Shown piece by piece: positions 1 through 12,939 of a stretch of 64,000 nt of DNA. Positions within the stretch are counted from its first letter, which is position 1; each line of letters starts with the position of its first letter. Below the pieces are notes generated by a model, which had not been told where the DNA came from, did no database searches, and worked only from the letters and a program-made list of their open reading frames with translations. This DNA comes from Amoeboaphelidium protococcarum X5 (taxonomy: Eukaryota > Fungi > Aphelidiomycota), in contig JALDTO010000215.1 of NCBI GenBank assembly GCA_023515725.1, forward strand, positions 149,053-213,052, written 5' to 3'. The position numbers and the translations under genes are program-made.

Positions 1-423
1 CACTAATTGCGTTGTGCCATAGCCCGCCGAAACCCCGTCGACAGCCTTGCGCTGAAGCAGAGTTTGCCTCAAGAACGTCATTACGATGCAATATATGGTG
101 TTGGGCATTCGGATGACGGGCAATTCTGGGCAGCATTGACCGTGGGGGACTTTGCTGCCAAACTCTAGATTAACTGGTTGATGGTACTGGTATGGCTGGA
201 TGGATGGCTCTCGGTTAGGGGATGCCTACTTACTAACTGTCTGTGTGCGTGCGTGCCTTTGTGTGTGCTGTAACTCTAACTTGTCACTGTAGGTTCCTCA
301 TATACCTCCTGCCATCAATTATTACAAGTGGACGCTGAATACCTCCAGACTATCGTAAGTTTTTAGTTTTGGTATGGTTCAATATATTCTCAAACTGGCT
401 GTTTAATGTAGATTGCGTGTTGA
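1..423 (+). other. 3' end of a spliced transcript entering from outside the window (structured intron/exon, then two small exons); product unidentified
   Basis: Branch-point-like TACTAAC at 231-237, acceptor TAG ending at 292, exon 293-354, intron GTAAGT 355..TAG 411. One frame reads ...SSYTSCHQLLQVDAEYLQTI|IAC then TGA at 421-423. The frame cannot be confirmed without upstream sequence. Confidence 0.45.
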
Positions 424-1007
424 AAGATTCCTCTCTTTCTCTCTCTCTATCCATCAGTACAGTAGTTTTTGTAAAGTTGGTGGCTGAGTGCAACTACTTG
501 CCGTCAATCATATCATGAAGCACTCAGTCACCATCTCGTATGTATTTGTACATTTTCATGATGTGGGTGACCTTAATATATATTCATCCCCATCATACAT
601 ACATATCTTATTTCTTTCATTTTTCATATGACAGAGTGTTTCATAATCATCTCCGCAGCTTATTAGGTGCAAACGCGATAATGGAATTGTAAGAGAGGAA
701 AATACACTAGTGAGTAATAAAGACTTTGAGGACTCCTTGCAGAGATGACTCAATAGCTGAAAGTATAGAAAGACCCCCGCGTTAAGTAGTATACATCAAA
801 CTAATATGAACCATACTCAAAATACCTTCAAAGAGTCCATTATACGCGCGCTTTTGGCACCTGATCGCCTTGAGCTTCTTTCGCGTCTAAAACTTGTTTC
901 TTCTTCTTCTTCGTTGTCGTTTCCTTTTAGATTGTGGATATATTTTGTATCAAGAATTATATTTTAATCTTTAATACAGCTGCAAATAGTTTAATATACT
1001 GTATATT

Positions 1008-3122
1008 ATGAACAGTGAAGCGTTGAAAGAGTTTAATAAACGTGAATTGTTGGACATTATAGACAGTGTGGGCGGAGTGAAAGCGCTTGTTCTCGATCCA
1101 TCGCTGTCAGGTCCTCTCTCTCTTATGGTGGGATATTCCGTTCTGAAAGAGCATGGAATTGAAAAGATTTATCTTCTTGATGGACCTGAACTGCAGACCG
1201 ACTGTGCCTCTATCCTGTATCTCACTAGAGGTAGTGTACATTTAATGAAGTTGATTAGTTAGCAGGTGAAGGGATTGATCCGCCAGGCAACTCCGCCGCG
1301 CGCCACCTCTCATCCAGACGGTATAGATTAAAGCAGCGGTAGTAATAATTTCGCATCTAATGCACTAGACTCAGAGTAGTTTGATAGAAATTTCAAGGTT
1401 ATATTTATTCCTAAACGATTATCTGCATGCGAACGAGTGTTGGAAGATTCTGGTGTTCTTGCAGACGTGTCAATTAGTGAGTTGCACCTGGATTGGATAC
1501 CATTGGCGGATGATGTTTGGTCTTTGGAAATACCTCAACTCTTTCCCGATTTGTATATAGATGGAGACACGACTTGCCTATATGATGTTGCCAAATCATT
1601 AATGAAGATTCAGCATATGTATGGCCTGATTCCTCGTATACTCGGCCTTGGTAGTAATGCTCAGATTGTGGCTGATTTGGTAAAGTAAATGCGAGAAGAG
1701 CATGGTCTAGATGAGCATTATTCATCTCAGTCTCTGTCATCGCAGTCTCTACCGCATTTGGATTGTTTGTACGTGTTTGATAGAACCGCTGATATGTATA
1801 CTCCCCTACTGACTGGTCTTACGTATGAATCGCTGGTTAATGATTTCATTGGTATCACTAATGTTATTGTGGAGATTGATCACCGGGTGGCGAAATCAAT
1901 TCAACCTGGTGATAAGTAGAAGCACTCTCTCAGTCGGTAGAATGATGCTTTGTATGATGATCTGAAATGCCTCAACTTTGTCAGTGTTCCCGCTGTGTTG
2001 AATAGTGTGGCCAAGGAGATTAGTTCTGATTATTAGCAGAGAGATTAGGCAAAGACGGTGAGTCAATTGAAAGAGTTTGTGAATAAATTGGGTGGTCTTA
2101 AAGTCAAGTAGTCGTCATTGAGTGTTCATGTGGCCATGTGTGAGTATATACAACGTTTGACGGGTGATCGAAAGTTTAGATTAATGCTTGAGTATGAGCA
2201 AAATGCCTTGATGGGATAACTAGATTAGTTTTTGGATTAGTATTTGGAGGCGTTGATATATAGTGGTGAAACTTTTATTTACGAGGTGATGCGGCTGTTG
2301 TGCTTGTAATCAATCACTTCACCCTCAGGCGGCTTGAAGAGTAAAAGTATTGAACTACTGCGGACTGCTGTTTTGTAGTAATATGGATACCAATACGTGT
2401 CTCTGTTTGATATTCTTGAAAGTAGATTGAATCTTTTGGCGTAGAGTGGAGGAGGCAAAGCCAAGAGTAATGTGCAGTTACTTAGGGATAGATTGAAGTT
2501 GGTCATGGAGAATGTTAACGAACAGGAACCAGATGATATGTCTTATGTTTACTCTGGATACTTTTCACCTGTTTTGTGTCGCCTTGTGGAAGTTATGCAG
2601 AAGAATCGTTTTTAGAATTAATAAATTGGACCAGATCAGGCTGCAATTACGTAAAAGTAATAATAGTCATTGTCAAAGGAGAAGCAGAGTCCCAATGAGA
2701 AGTAGTAATAGTCTTATGTGTCGTAAATTATGAGTAGTCGAAGGAAACAGAATTAAAGAGCCGGCACTGACGTTTGGAATGGTCTCACTGAAGTGGTGGA
2801 TTCTATTGGCCTCACCAAGGTGGAAGAGTATCAATAGCCTCCGAAAGGCTCAGTTTCGTCTTAATTGAATGCTTCAAATGTTACCTCTTATGGAAATGCT
2901 GCTGCTGGTAATAGAAGTAGAATTGTTCTCGTTCTATTCCTGGGTGGGTGCACATATTCCGAGTTGGCAGCTATAAGGTATCTTAATAGTCGGTCCTAGA
3001 CGGAAGAGTATGTGGTGCTTACTACATCTATGCTCAACGGTGTTAAACTGATGGAAACAATAGGCCATGCATCTGGATGTAACTGGCAATCTTTATTATC
3101 GTCATCTTAATTAATGAACTGA
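1008..3122 (+). CDS. VPS33: Vacuolar protein sorting 33 (Sec1/Munc18 family), ~704 aa with TAR=Gln
   Basis: ORF pieces 1008, 1437 and 1689 share one frame joined by TAG/TAA. Motifs KALVLDPSLSGPL, DRTADMYTPLLTGLTYE, LFLGGCTYSELAAIR. First in-frame TGA at 3120-3122. Confidence 0.9.
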
Positions 3123-3247
3123 ATTTATAAAAGTAATTTAGATTCGATAAATGAGATATATATTTAAATTATAGTTTGTATATTTATTTCCTCACATACT
3201 CAAAAGTATTACTCTTAAATGATCATTTTTTGGCACTAAGCGTTTGA

Positions 3248-6200
3248 TCAAAGCGTTGGATTAATTGCGCAGTAGATGACATCATCTTTCAAATCATGGA
3301 GTAGATCCAGAATAGTCGCCATAGACCATGCCTGAGATGGGCAGGAATCGAAACAATCTGCACCATCCTAGTTTGTCAGTTCAGGTAGGCCAGCGTAAGG
3401 ACTCAACTCAGTCATCATTATTCTGTGTGGATGCAAGATACGTTGAATGGTGTGGATCAACTTACAATCCACCATTGACTTGCGTGATTCCTCGCCATCA
3501 TCCTACTTCACCTTCAAATCACCATTCTTTCGGAACTTGTACAGCGCCTTCAAGAAGAATCCTAGCACCCATACCCACTCTGGCCCCTGGTGATAGTTGG
3601 CTCCATGTGCAACCGTGGGATCACTACTATCATCACTGTTATGATAGTTACCACGATACTCAGGATCTTCCGGGTCCAGAGTTTTCAATCCCAGAGGACC
3701 AAGTAAATACTTACCAACAAGAGACAGAGCTACATAAGCGTGTTCTCTGTTGAACATTTCTGGTGCAACAGCCATAGCGACCACTAGATTTGGGCGGAAC
3801 TGATAATCACCATGAGCCTTCGAGGCTCCGACAGTGTCTTTATAAATGCCACGCCTTTGTACCAATTCTTTTTCAACCACATACTTTGCATCATCCTCCT
3901 AAGACAGTGGAATATAAAAGTGCTTCTCAAAACTGTCCATCAGCAGTTTATCCCACTTTTCGTAAGCCAGCACGTCGCCATTGGCCAATTTAACTCCACC
4001 ATAAAATTTGCCCTTCCTATGCAACTGCGACAACCAACGCAGGGTGCTCTTCAACAGGCCAATGATTTCAACATCAGCACCATCACGCGGCGTTGAAGGA
4101 TACCCGAAATTACCAGACTTCTGTGAGTCTCCCATCTTATCCATCCAAGTGCCGCAATTCCACTCATTTCCACCATAGATCAGTCCAGTGGCAGGATCAA
4201 AAGTAATATTGACATTAAATCCTTAATCTTACATTGCATGATCCAATTGAGAGCCAGCATTCCACTCACGGAAGGATATACCTTGAGCGTGTTTTTACAT
4301 GATAGCTTGCAAGATATCACGCAGCTTCATAACCTTGGAATAAGCTCTCGGATCGTTCCAATCGACATATTCGTCGCCGTCAAATCTCATCTTCACATCC
4401 TCATCCAGGATGGATATGCCATTGTCAACAACATCGCAATAATCTTGTACGGCTTGACAGAACCACCACACAGCATCTCTTGCATTATACCGAGGTTTAC
4501 GAGATGAATCCAAAAGATTAGGAATCAATCCATGCTTCATTGTACTGGCAAAGGCGAGTATATGCGATTTAGCAACATGATGTAGTCCAGTCACCAGATA
4601 GAGACCTTTCATGGATATAAACACATCTCGTCCCCAGCATCTCATATATTCTGTAGAGAAATGCGGAATACCTGCAGATACACACGCGACACTCTGATGA
4701 GGATACAGGCCAGTGGATGGGACTTGACCATACATCTAAATAGCACCATACGCCAACTACCTTGTGAACCTATTCGAAGTCTTTACAAAGTCAGACATCA
4801 GTGATAGACAATGAGTTAAAGAGTAATGCATAACAGTTGACACTATAATATTGAAGTACTTGGGGAACAGAAAATTTGGTATCTACTTGACCAAATCAAA
4901 ACGCTCCTAAAGCCACGCAGCAATTTTCCCCAACTTATGGTATTGGTCTTTCGCAGAATAACTTTTCAACCTGTTCACAATGTAATCCATTGCCCAGGTG
5001 CCTTGGCGTAAATGATCACAGAAAGGATGGCATAAATTGTTCTATTTTGCGATACGGCGCATCATCCAGCCAAATCCATGAATACCAGCAAACGGCAATG
5101 CTCCATGTCCAGGCACAGTATAGACACCATTACCATTGTTCTTATCGCGCTCCTCAGCATCGCAACAGAACAGCAGGGCATTCAGCTCTACCAGAGACAG
5201 GTCTTGCAATGAATCCAGTAATCCTGGAACATTCTGACGAATAATACCATCCAAATACCAAGATCCATGCACCACAGCATTCATCAGAGTCCTAAACTAT
5301 TGCATTGCAATACGAGTATCAGCGTACATATCAGTTTCCAACAATATGACCGAACCAGGAGGGAAATCGAGAGGTTGAATCCTGATAAAGAATCCCAGCT
5401 AATCATGCCCAGTACTAACATCTGCCATACCAGGTATCAAATCGTCCGGAGAGAATTACAGATGTGATGGAAAGCCATTAATCACTTTAGAATCATACTT
5501 GTACAAATCGGTCTACACGTGCAATTTGGCAGACAATAAAGGCTTAAAGCTGGTATTCCTCAACACAATAGGCTGCGCTGCATGCTAAGAAGAGTCGCGA
5601 TATGCACATCTTGCTATCAGTAAGTATCCATGATGAGTCAAAGGATGTTATCGATAAACAGATATAATGTCTTCCTATTAATTAACATGAATCTCAGAGT
5701 ACCCCTTCTGTCCCATGAGATAATGCAAGCGCGCAAATATACGCTTCACTTCAAAGATGCCAACATTACGCTGTGCCGGTGCATAAACTCTGCTCTCAGT
5801 CACAATATTCAAATTATATGGAACCAACTCATCGAAACCGCGAACACTTCCCACAGCACAATTGGCCATCGCTACCAAAGCTGACGTGCTCAATGCATCA
5901 ACAGCTGTGCGCTTCTAAAACGGAGTCTCATTATCATGTGTACAGTCCATAAACAATGCATGTGGACTGGAACCATTCAACTAGTAAACAACTTCTTTCT
6001 GATGAAGATCAGTATAACTCTAATCAGGAAGCATCGACTAATCGCCTTGAGAAGAAGCAACTATATCTGCTACATCTTCAGGGACAGATTCCGGTTAATT
6101 CGTGATGAGACTCTTCAAAAGATTGGCATTAGATACTGATCGCGATCTAGCTCTACTTCTGCGCCCACTTTCATCAGGATCATCAATCGGACCAACAGCC

Positions 6201-8179
6201 AAACGACTCTACGGAAGATCTACCGGCACCCGTTTATCGAACCAAACCTAACCATTAACAGTAGAGAAAGACTCCATCACAGGAGAATTAATATCAGCCG
6301 CCTCATGACCAACCAGCGCTAGTGGAAGATAATCAGCTTTCAAGGTCATAGACCCCACAGGTTAGCCACCATATTTGTGCAACAGTCTACTAAACTCGGT
6401 CGGATTCCAAGCATTCATCGCCTCTCTGATCAGGCTGTTGATCCCCAGCTTTGATACAAACGTCTTATCTCTATCCTCAGATCCAGTAAATAGCTCAGCA
6501 ATCACGTATAGATCCGGCCTTATAAGGCGCGCCTGATCCAAAAAGTACTGTGCCACATGAATCGGCGTAGAATGACAGTTATCAATTCGGAAACCATGAA
6601 AGTACTTGGCCATAAGTTTAGTATAGGTACCCATGTGCTACCAAAGCCACGGATTATCATCAGGTCCTTGACCATACCTCAGCTTTACACAATCACCCCA
6701 TGGAATCACTTCTCGGATCAGGTATGACTTGGACTATGGACCAGCAAAATCAACCAACGGATCAGCGTTCCAAATCCAGCCATTATTAGCCACTATCAGA
6801 GCATCATCAGGTATGCTCTTATTGGTTGATGTTCTATCAACTCTGGTAAAGTAGGGACAGACAATAGGCGATTCCTTTGACACAGTACCCATCTTTGGAC
6901 CGTGCTCATTCAGGCGCTCATAGCGAACTCGATTCTTAATATTGTCTAGTATGGTTATCACATCTCGGTCATATTCATGATAAAACGCAATGTTGACTTG
7001 ATCTATAAACTTAACAATGTCCTCTAAACCACTACCTTCACTCAATTTACCGCTAGCAAGAACCTGCTCTAAATTAAGTTTCTTGCCAAATCTAACACCT
7101 TGACAGACTTCAACAAGATTATCGCTTGAACTGCTTTTTGGTTTCAAGCCACCATCCTAAACAAAAGATGATCCTTCGCGAATGGCATTATGGGCTCTCT
7201 ATGATTCACTTTTAACATCAACTACATAATATTCCCATAACCTCAGTTCAGACAATTTCTTCTCTTTAAAGACATCTAAAAGTCTATCAATATCTGCATC
7301 ACTGGTCACATCACCACTCATACCAAACGATTTTAGAGAAGCAGAAAAATCAGCCAAAGCTTTGTCCAATTCATAGGCCGGTCTCAAATGGGGAGAATTG
7401 ATCAAATTGTATCCAGCCTCTGGATGCTGCTACAGCCAAGCACTATTGTGAGCAGTGTGATTCCAAACAATATCAGTGATACTTAGTACACCCAAATTGC
7501 GCTAGAAATGTTAAATCTCACGATCAAGCAATTAAAACTTATCTTCTGAAGCTGTACCAGACGGAAATAAATCATCAGACAATTCAAGCTAATCAAATAT
7601 GGAATACGGCGAACCAGAGGCACCACGCTATTACATGGGCACAAAATGGATCATATTGTAACCGCCTTCACTGATCCATTGAATCTGCTCTCTCCACCCC
7701 TCAATAGAACCCATCCATTTCGGGACCAATGTCAATAGAGCAATAGAATCCATATGCATAATCTTGGTCAAATCATTATCAACTGATGCACTATGCTCAG
7801 CCAGACGATTGTTCAAACCTAGTCTCGGATCAACGATGAAGAATCCAGTCTCACTCCTAGTCATTCCTGCGGCAGTCTCAGACTCGATGTAATACTCAAA
7901 AGCACCAGCCTGAGTGATCACAATATCACAGAATCCATCCCTTAAAAAATCATAATCAAACTAGATTTCATAGAATTGACGTCTTTAAAAAGGCTTACCA
8001 TCCACAGGGTAGTTCGTTTTAAAGCATCCCTGACGCAGCACTTCAGCACCAGCTGGAACAATGAAACGTAACAGGTACGGGGTATGGGCATTAGGAGGCG
8101 GAAGTCTAATAAAAGATCTAGCATAATCCGGGGATCCATTAGTCTCCAGATGTAAACTGAAAACCGTCTACAGGCTCAT
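3248..8179 (-). CDS. GDB1: Glycogen debranching enzyme (4-alpha-glucanotransferase/amylo-1,6-glucosidase), ~1643 aa
   Basis: Nine ORF-track fragments in one frame. Motifs [66 protein letters not shown] at 8179, TGA at 3250-3248. Confidence 0.95.
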
Positions 8180-8377
8180 TATTAATATTATGGCAGATGA
8201 TGATGACAGTTAATCTTAGAAAGGAGAGATCTGGTGGGAATAACAACGAGATTGAGAGCGTTAAAGAGACAATAGAGAAAGTTTTGTGCGAACGAAAGAC
8301 AGCGCTTTGAATGACAACACACGAAAGGGAGTCATCTCTGTTTGAGATTCAGGGATCTTTAGATTAACCTTCATGAG

Positions 8378-10141
8378 TCATCTTTAAGCCACATTATCGA
8401 AGTAGTAAGTGCCCAGAGCTGCTATATAAGGAGGACGGATGGCACAATATCCGGCGCGATATTGAGCTCCACGAATATGCGATGGAACCGGTTGACTAAA
8501 TTACTTCACCCAACTGTCATATGATATCAGACGGCAACATACCAGTTGTAAAATCACTAGCGTCTTTTGGCAATGATATGCTAATCTTGCACATGCATTA
8601 GGCGTGATATCGTCGCAGTAAGAGAACTACGCAACCTGTAAAATTTGAGATAAGTTGGAAACCGCAGCGGATAAGGATGCATCAGTGATTGAGGTTCCTG
8701 GAATTGAGAGAACAGTGATAGCACAGTGCGTAACCAAATAAATGATGCCTTCGTCCGTAATAGCACTACATCCGGCCAAATAGATATGCTTCAATGATGG
8801 ACAGTGGTTTGCAATAGTGATTACGGCTTCATTCGTTATGTTGGTGCACTTTCCCAGATAGATTTCGCGTAAGTTACAGGAGAATTTAGATCCTGCGATC
8901 AAATTATTTATACCATAGTTGGTAATATTGGACAGTAATGTAAAATTCAGGCGTTTTAGATCAGTCAGTCCATTCAAAAACTAAAGTGAGCGATTGGTGA
9001 GCTGAGAACATTGATCCACGGATAGCTACTCTAACTTAGCGCAATTTATAGCCAGCTTTTCTATAAACTCATCAGAAACTGACTGTATGCGATCCAGTTG
9101 CAAATTAACCAGGTATCTAGAATTGCGCGCGATTGCATCAAGGCAACTATCACTCATATTAGTGCAGTCACTAAGACTGAGATTTACAAATTGGGTCGTG
9201 TCAAAAATGGAAGCTAGAATATCTGTCGAAATATTACGACATTACTTGAGGTGCAGATTCTTCAGTTGAGCTAGTTTGAGAATTGATAAACTCGTCAGAT
9301 CTGCAGCATTTGAGCAGCCGTTCAGGTTCAAGTCCATTAGTAGCGGAAGGGCATCCACTGTGTGAGAGATTGCTTGATCAGATAGCATAGGACAGAATTA
9401 TAGCGAAAGTCTTCGTAAGGTGTGCTACAAGGAATCCAAAGGTAATTTCAGTAGCAATTCATCGGTAATTTAAGCACAATAGCCTAAATCAATCGATTTG
9501 CAATGAGTCAGTAGAGGCAGAGTCAACCGAATATAGTGGTAAGGTAATTCGATATCATCATAAGCCTATGACGCGTTGTTGAAACATACGGAGAACTCTC
9601 TGATAAAATACGAGTGAGCACCATTGGTATAAGATATAGGATCTTAAGAAGAGCACTTTTTATTAGCAAAATCGACGCCATTGTGTTGAGAATTGCCAAA
9701 AGTTTCATGTACAGAGACAAATGAGCTCTGACGCGCCACCGCTTAAGATGAATCAGTTGAAACCAAATCTTGATCGCCAATCAAGCGAGACAGTTTTCGT
9801 TTCAAACCATTCTTGCCAAGGCCTGGACTTTGTGCAAGGCTTCCGATGTTGACTTGGTTATCAATACGGTATGGATCGTGACCATTCATACACATGACAA
9901 ATTTCAAAAGTCGAACGTGTTGACCATAATACCAAGGAATATTGCTCTTATTTGACGTTTCAGATTAACACTGACATCCGTCGATCTGCTTACACAACTA
10001 ACTCAAAGTCACTTCACGCCATAGAATTCTCACTGCAACTTCAGACATGTGATGGTTCACACATAGTGCTACATATAGACACCTCTTGCAAAGATAGGCC
10101 AAAATTGTGTTCAAAACTTCAACTGGAAGTTGATCCAGCAT
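8378..10141 (-). CDS. F-box/leucine-rich-repeat protein (FBXL/Grr1-like), ~587 aa
   Basis: N-terminal F-box MLDQLPVEVLNTILAYL and cysteine-containing LRRs (LREIYLGKCTNITNEAV; LKHIYLAGCSAITDEGI). Single frame with TAR=Gln, ends in TGA. Confidence 0.85.
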
Positions 10142-10563
10142 TTCAAAACTCACAACACGTTCTAAAATGTGGTTGTTTATATCGGAAAGAGAATGGAACG
10201 TGGCGTGCAGCTGTCATGTCCAGATCTCGTTTCACATTAAATGTATCACCCAAAGCGCTTATCTGGCAGTCTAAAACGGGGCTGTCGGTTAAAGGTCCAA
10301 GTTGATCTGAGTATGCCGAGTTGATATGCAGTGAAGTTATAAAATGAAGCTTCTTTACATCTGTAGCTTTACAGTAAAAGCCATCTGCATAAAAAGGTTG
10401 TTAATTTAAAGGACTTAATATTGAAATGCGGGACCTGTCACTTATCTCTATATGATTTGGATATCTCCAAAGATAATCAGTCAATTACCTGAGTTATATC
10501 GCACAGATTCAGATTGCCATCATCCTGCTCACGCGTCCCTTTCTTTAAACACGATCTCGTAAA

Positions 10564-11633
10564 ATGCCGTCTGTTTTGTCCATTCTGTAGGACGGCTACT
10601 AAGTGTGCAGTCAATTTTTAACATGGAATGAGCAGCACGTGCCTGCTGCCCAAGATGTATTTTCATATGAGAACTTGGCGCATCCTTTAAAGTTGAGCTT
10701 GATCTATGCTGGATGTTACGGTCTTCTACATCTCGTGTCTCGACAGTTGATTCATAGAGCCCTAGGCAAGAATCGGCTGGCTATGCTGTCCAATGTGGAG
10801 AAAGTATACCTTGTTGAAAAGTATGATTTGTATTTCAATGAGTTATCAATTGAATAATGATTAACATTCTGTGTAGAGTGTGCTCATCCGTCAACAGTTT
10901 GGTGACTGGGTTTGCTGGACTGCGCGCTATACTTCCATTCCTGTTCGGTCAATAAATGCGTTACGTTCATACATTTGGAATTTTTCAGTACTATCCAGCC
11001 AGTCTTACGCATATTCTTAGTTCCTATGTTGGGTATTCCATTTACGATATGGCTGTTATGTTGTTCTAGACATTTTATGATGAAGATCTAATTATGTGGG
11101 CCCATCACTTTGTGGGACTAATGGGTGCATTCCTGATGATGCTGTATAGAAGGGCGTCTTATTTCCCTGTGGCGTTTCTGATCAGTGAGATTACCGTGTT
11201 TCCAACCAACATTGTCTGGTACATCAAGACTTTGTAAAAGTGTGGTTACCGATTTAAACCGCTTATTCAGCATTAGGCTTACAATTTGAGGAATGTGAGC
11301 TTTTTGGTATTTAGAACTTTTCTGGCTCCCGTATGTTTGTACTACGCGTGGACCTAGATTGATCGTGCTATTGACTTGAAAGACGCTTTAAGTAGCGGAG
11401 TTAGCCAGCTGGGATTTGATGACAAAGTGAAAATTATCTTGGAGTAAGTTCGCGAGCTTCCCCTCGTTGTTAGTGTTGGAACTGTATTTAACATGGCAAC
11501 TCTTGGATGGATGAACTTTTATTGGACAATGATGGCTCTGAAAAGTGCCCTTAAATCTTAAAAGAAGACTGGTGGTCCCCCAGCAAAGTCCAATTACATG
11601 GAGACCATTAGTGGGGGCTTAAAAGACGAGTGA
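10564..11633 (+). CDS. TLC-domain (TMEM56/TLCD-like) membrane protein, 2 exons
   Basis: Intron GTATGA 10821..TAG 10876. Multi-TM protein with TLC-type motifs YSIYD, MWAHH, SEITVFPTN. TGA at 11631-11633. Confidence 0.8.
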
Positions 11634-12051
11634 TTGAGGCTAGGTATCGAACCATTTCTTCTTTTTCTGCTATAAATTGCTCGTTTCCTTTATCTTATAC
11701 TGTACAATAAAACTTGAATTAATAAACGACCGAGAAAGCCAATATAAAATCTATAGTTCGCGACAAAGACCAATCCAAGAATGCCAATTTATGAACGTTT
11801 CTGAATGGAACGATCGTTTCCAAAGCAATGGTTGTTGTGTTGTTGAAACGAAATCGCTGATGAGGCGTTTGTTGTTTCACATTCTTCTTGCCCAAACAGT
11901 GAGTTGCCTCTCATCCACAGAAACACATCGCCCGTCGTATTTGAGTCGATTCTCAGCGCTAGTTCGTCTCTCTTCCTTTCAACAACAACAACACTTGTTT
12001 GAACATTAATTAATTAGTTAACAACAACAAACTTCTAATTACATCTGAATC

Positions 12052-12503
12052 ATGTCTTGGTAAACTTACGTCGACTAAAACCTTGTTGGTACTAAGAAAA
12101 TTGCTAAGGGTGCTATCCATGGTCTTGATGGTAACCCGTGGGCTACCTCTGCTGGTTTGGCTGTAAGTTTATACCTCTATTACTCTCATGTTCACATTAT
12201 TCTTTATATCTATCTCTTTTCATTTATGTGTAGTTGAAGCCTCAGGAAGTTTAGGAGCTGATCAAGGGCTTCAAGGATGCCAACGCTCTGCGTGCTTCCG
12301 GTCTGAAGTTGAACGCTGTCAAGTACATCGTCATCCGTGCTGATGACAGATCAATCTACGGCAAGCAGGGTACTGGTGGTGTCGTCTGTGTCAAGACCAA
12401 GTCTGCTGTGTTGATTGGTTTCTACGATGAGTCCGCTCAACCTGGTGAGGCTACCAAGGTTGTCGAGCAGTTGGCTGACTACTTGATCAGCGTCAACTAC
12501 TGA
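12052..12503 (+). CDS. PFY1: Profilin, 2 exons
   Basis: MSWQ(TAA)TYVDQ(TAA)NLVG start, intron GTAAGT 12163..TAG 12233, C-terminus VVEQLADYLISVNY then TGA. Confidence 0.95.
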
Positions 12504-12939
12504 GCTAACCACCGTAGTGCTCGCTCATGTGTGGTGGTCCCGGTCGTATTGAATGAATAATGAGAATATGAGTGGAATGAAGAAAATCTTTTAAAACTTT
12601 GTATTAGTTCTTAAAGAATTCCCTTCCATTTTATATCATTTCTTTACAGCAACTTATGGCTTTGGTTTAATTATATTAGACTTTGATACAGATAGCAGCT
12701 TACCAAATCAAGAACCATGTGCGATTATAAAGGAGAGTTTCTAAGCGAGGCGCATTGAACTTTTTCGCTGAATTCTCTCGCGCACGCCTTTAGTCGGGTA
12801 GAATGATCATCGACCAGTTTTTCGACGAGACTTTTTCTATTGCGTCAGATTACTTCTTTATTCTTTTGAGTGATTGATTGATTGAGAGATCATCTGCTGT
12901 TATTGGCACTTACAATATTCTTAGAGGTGTGTATAGAGA

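Noticed and set aside
556-753. 65-aa minus-strand ORF
   Set aside because: Short, without a domain, in AT-rich intergenic or UTR sequence.
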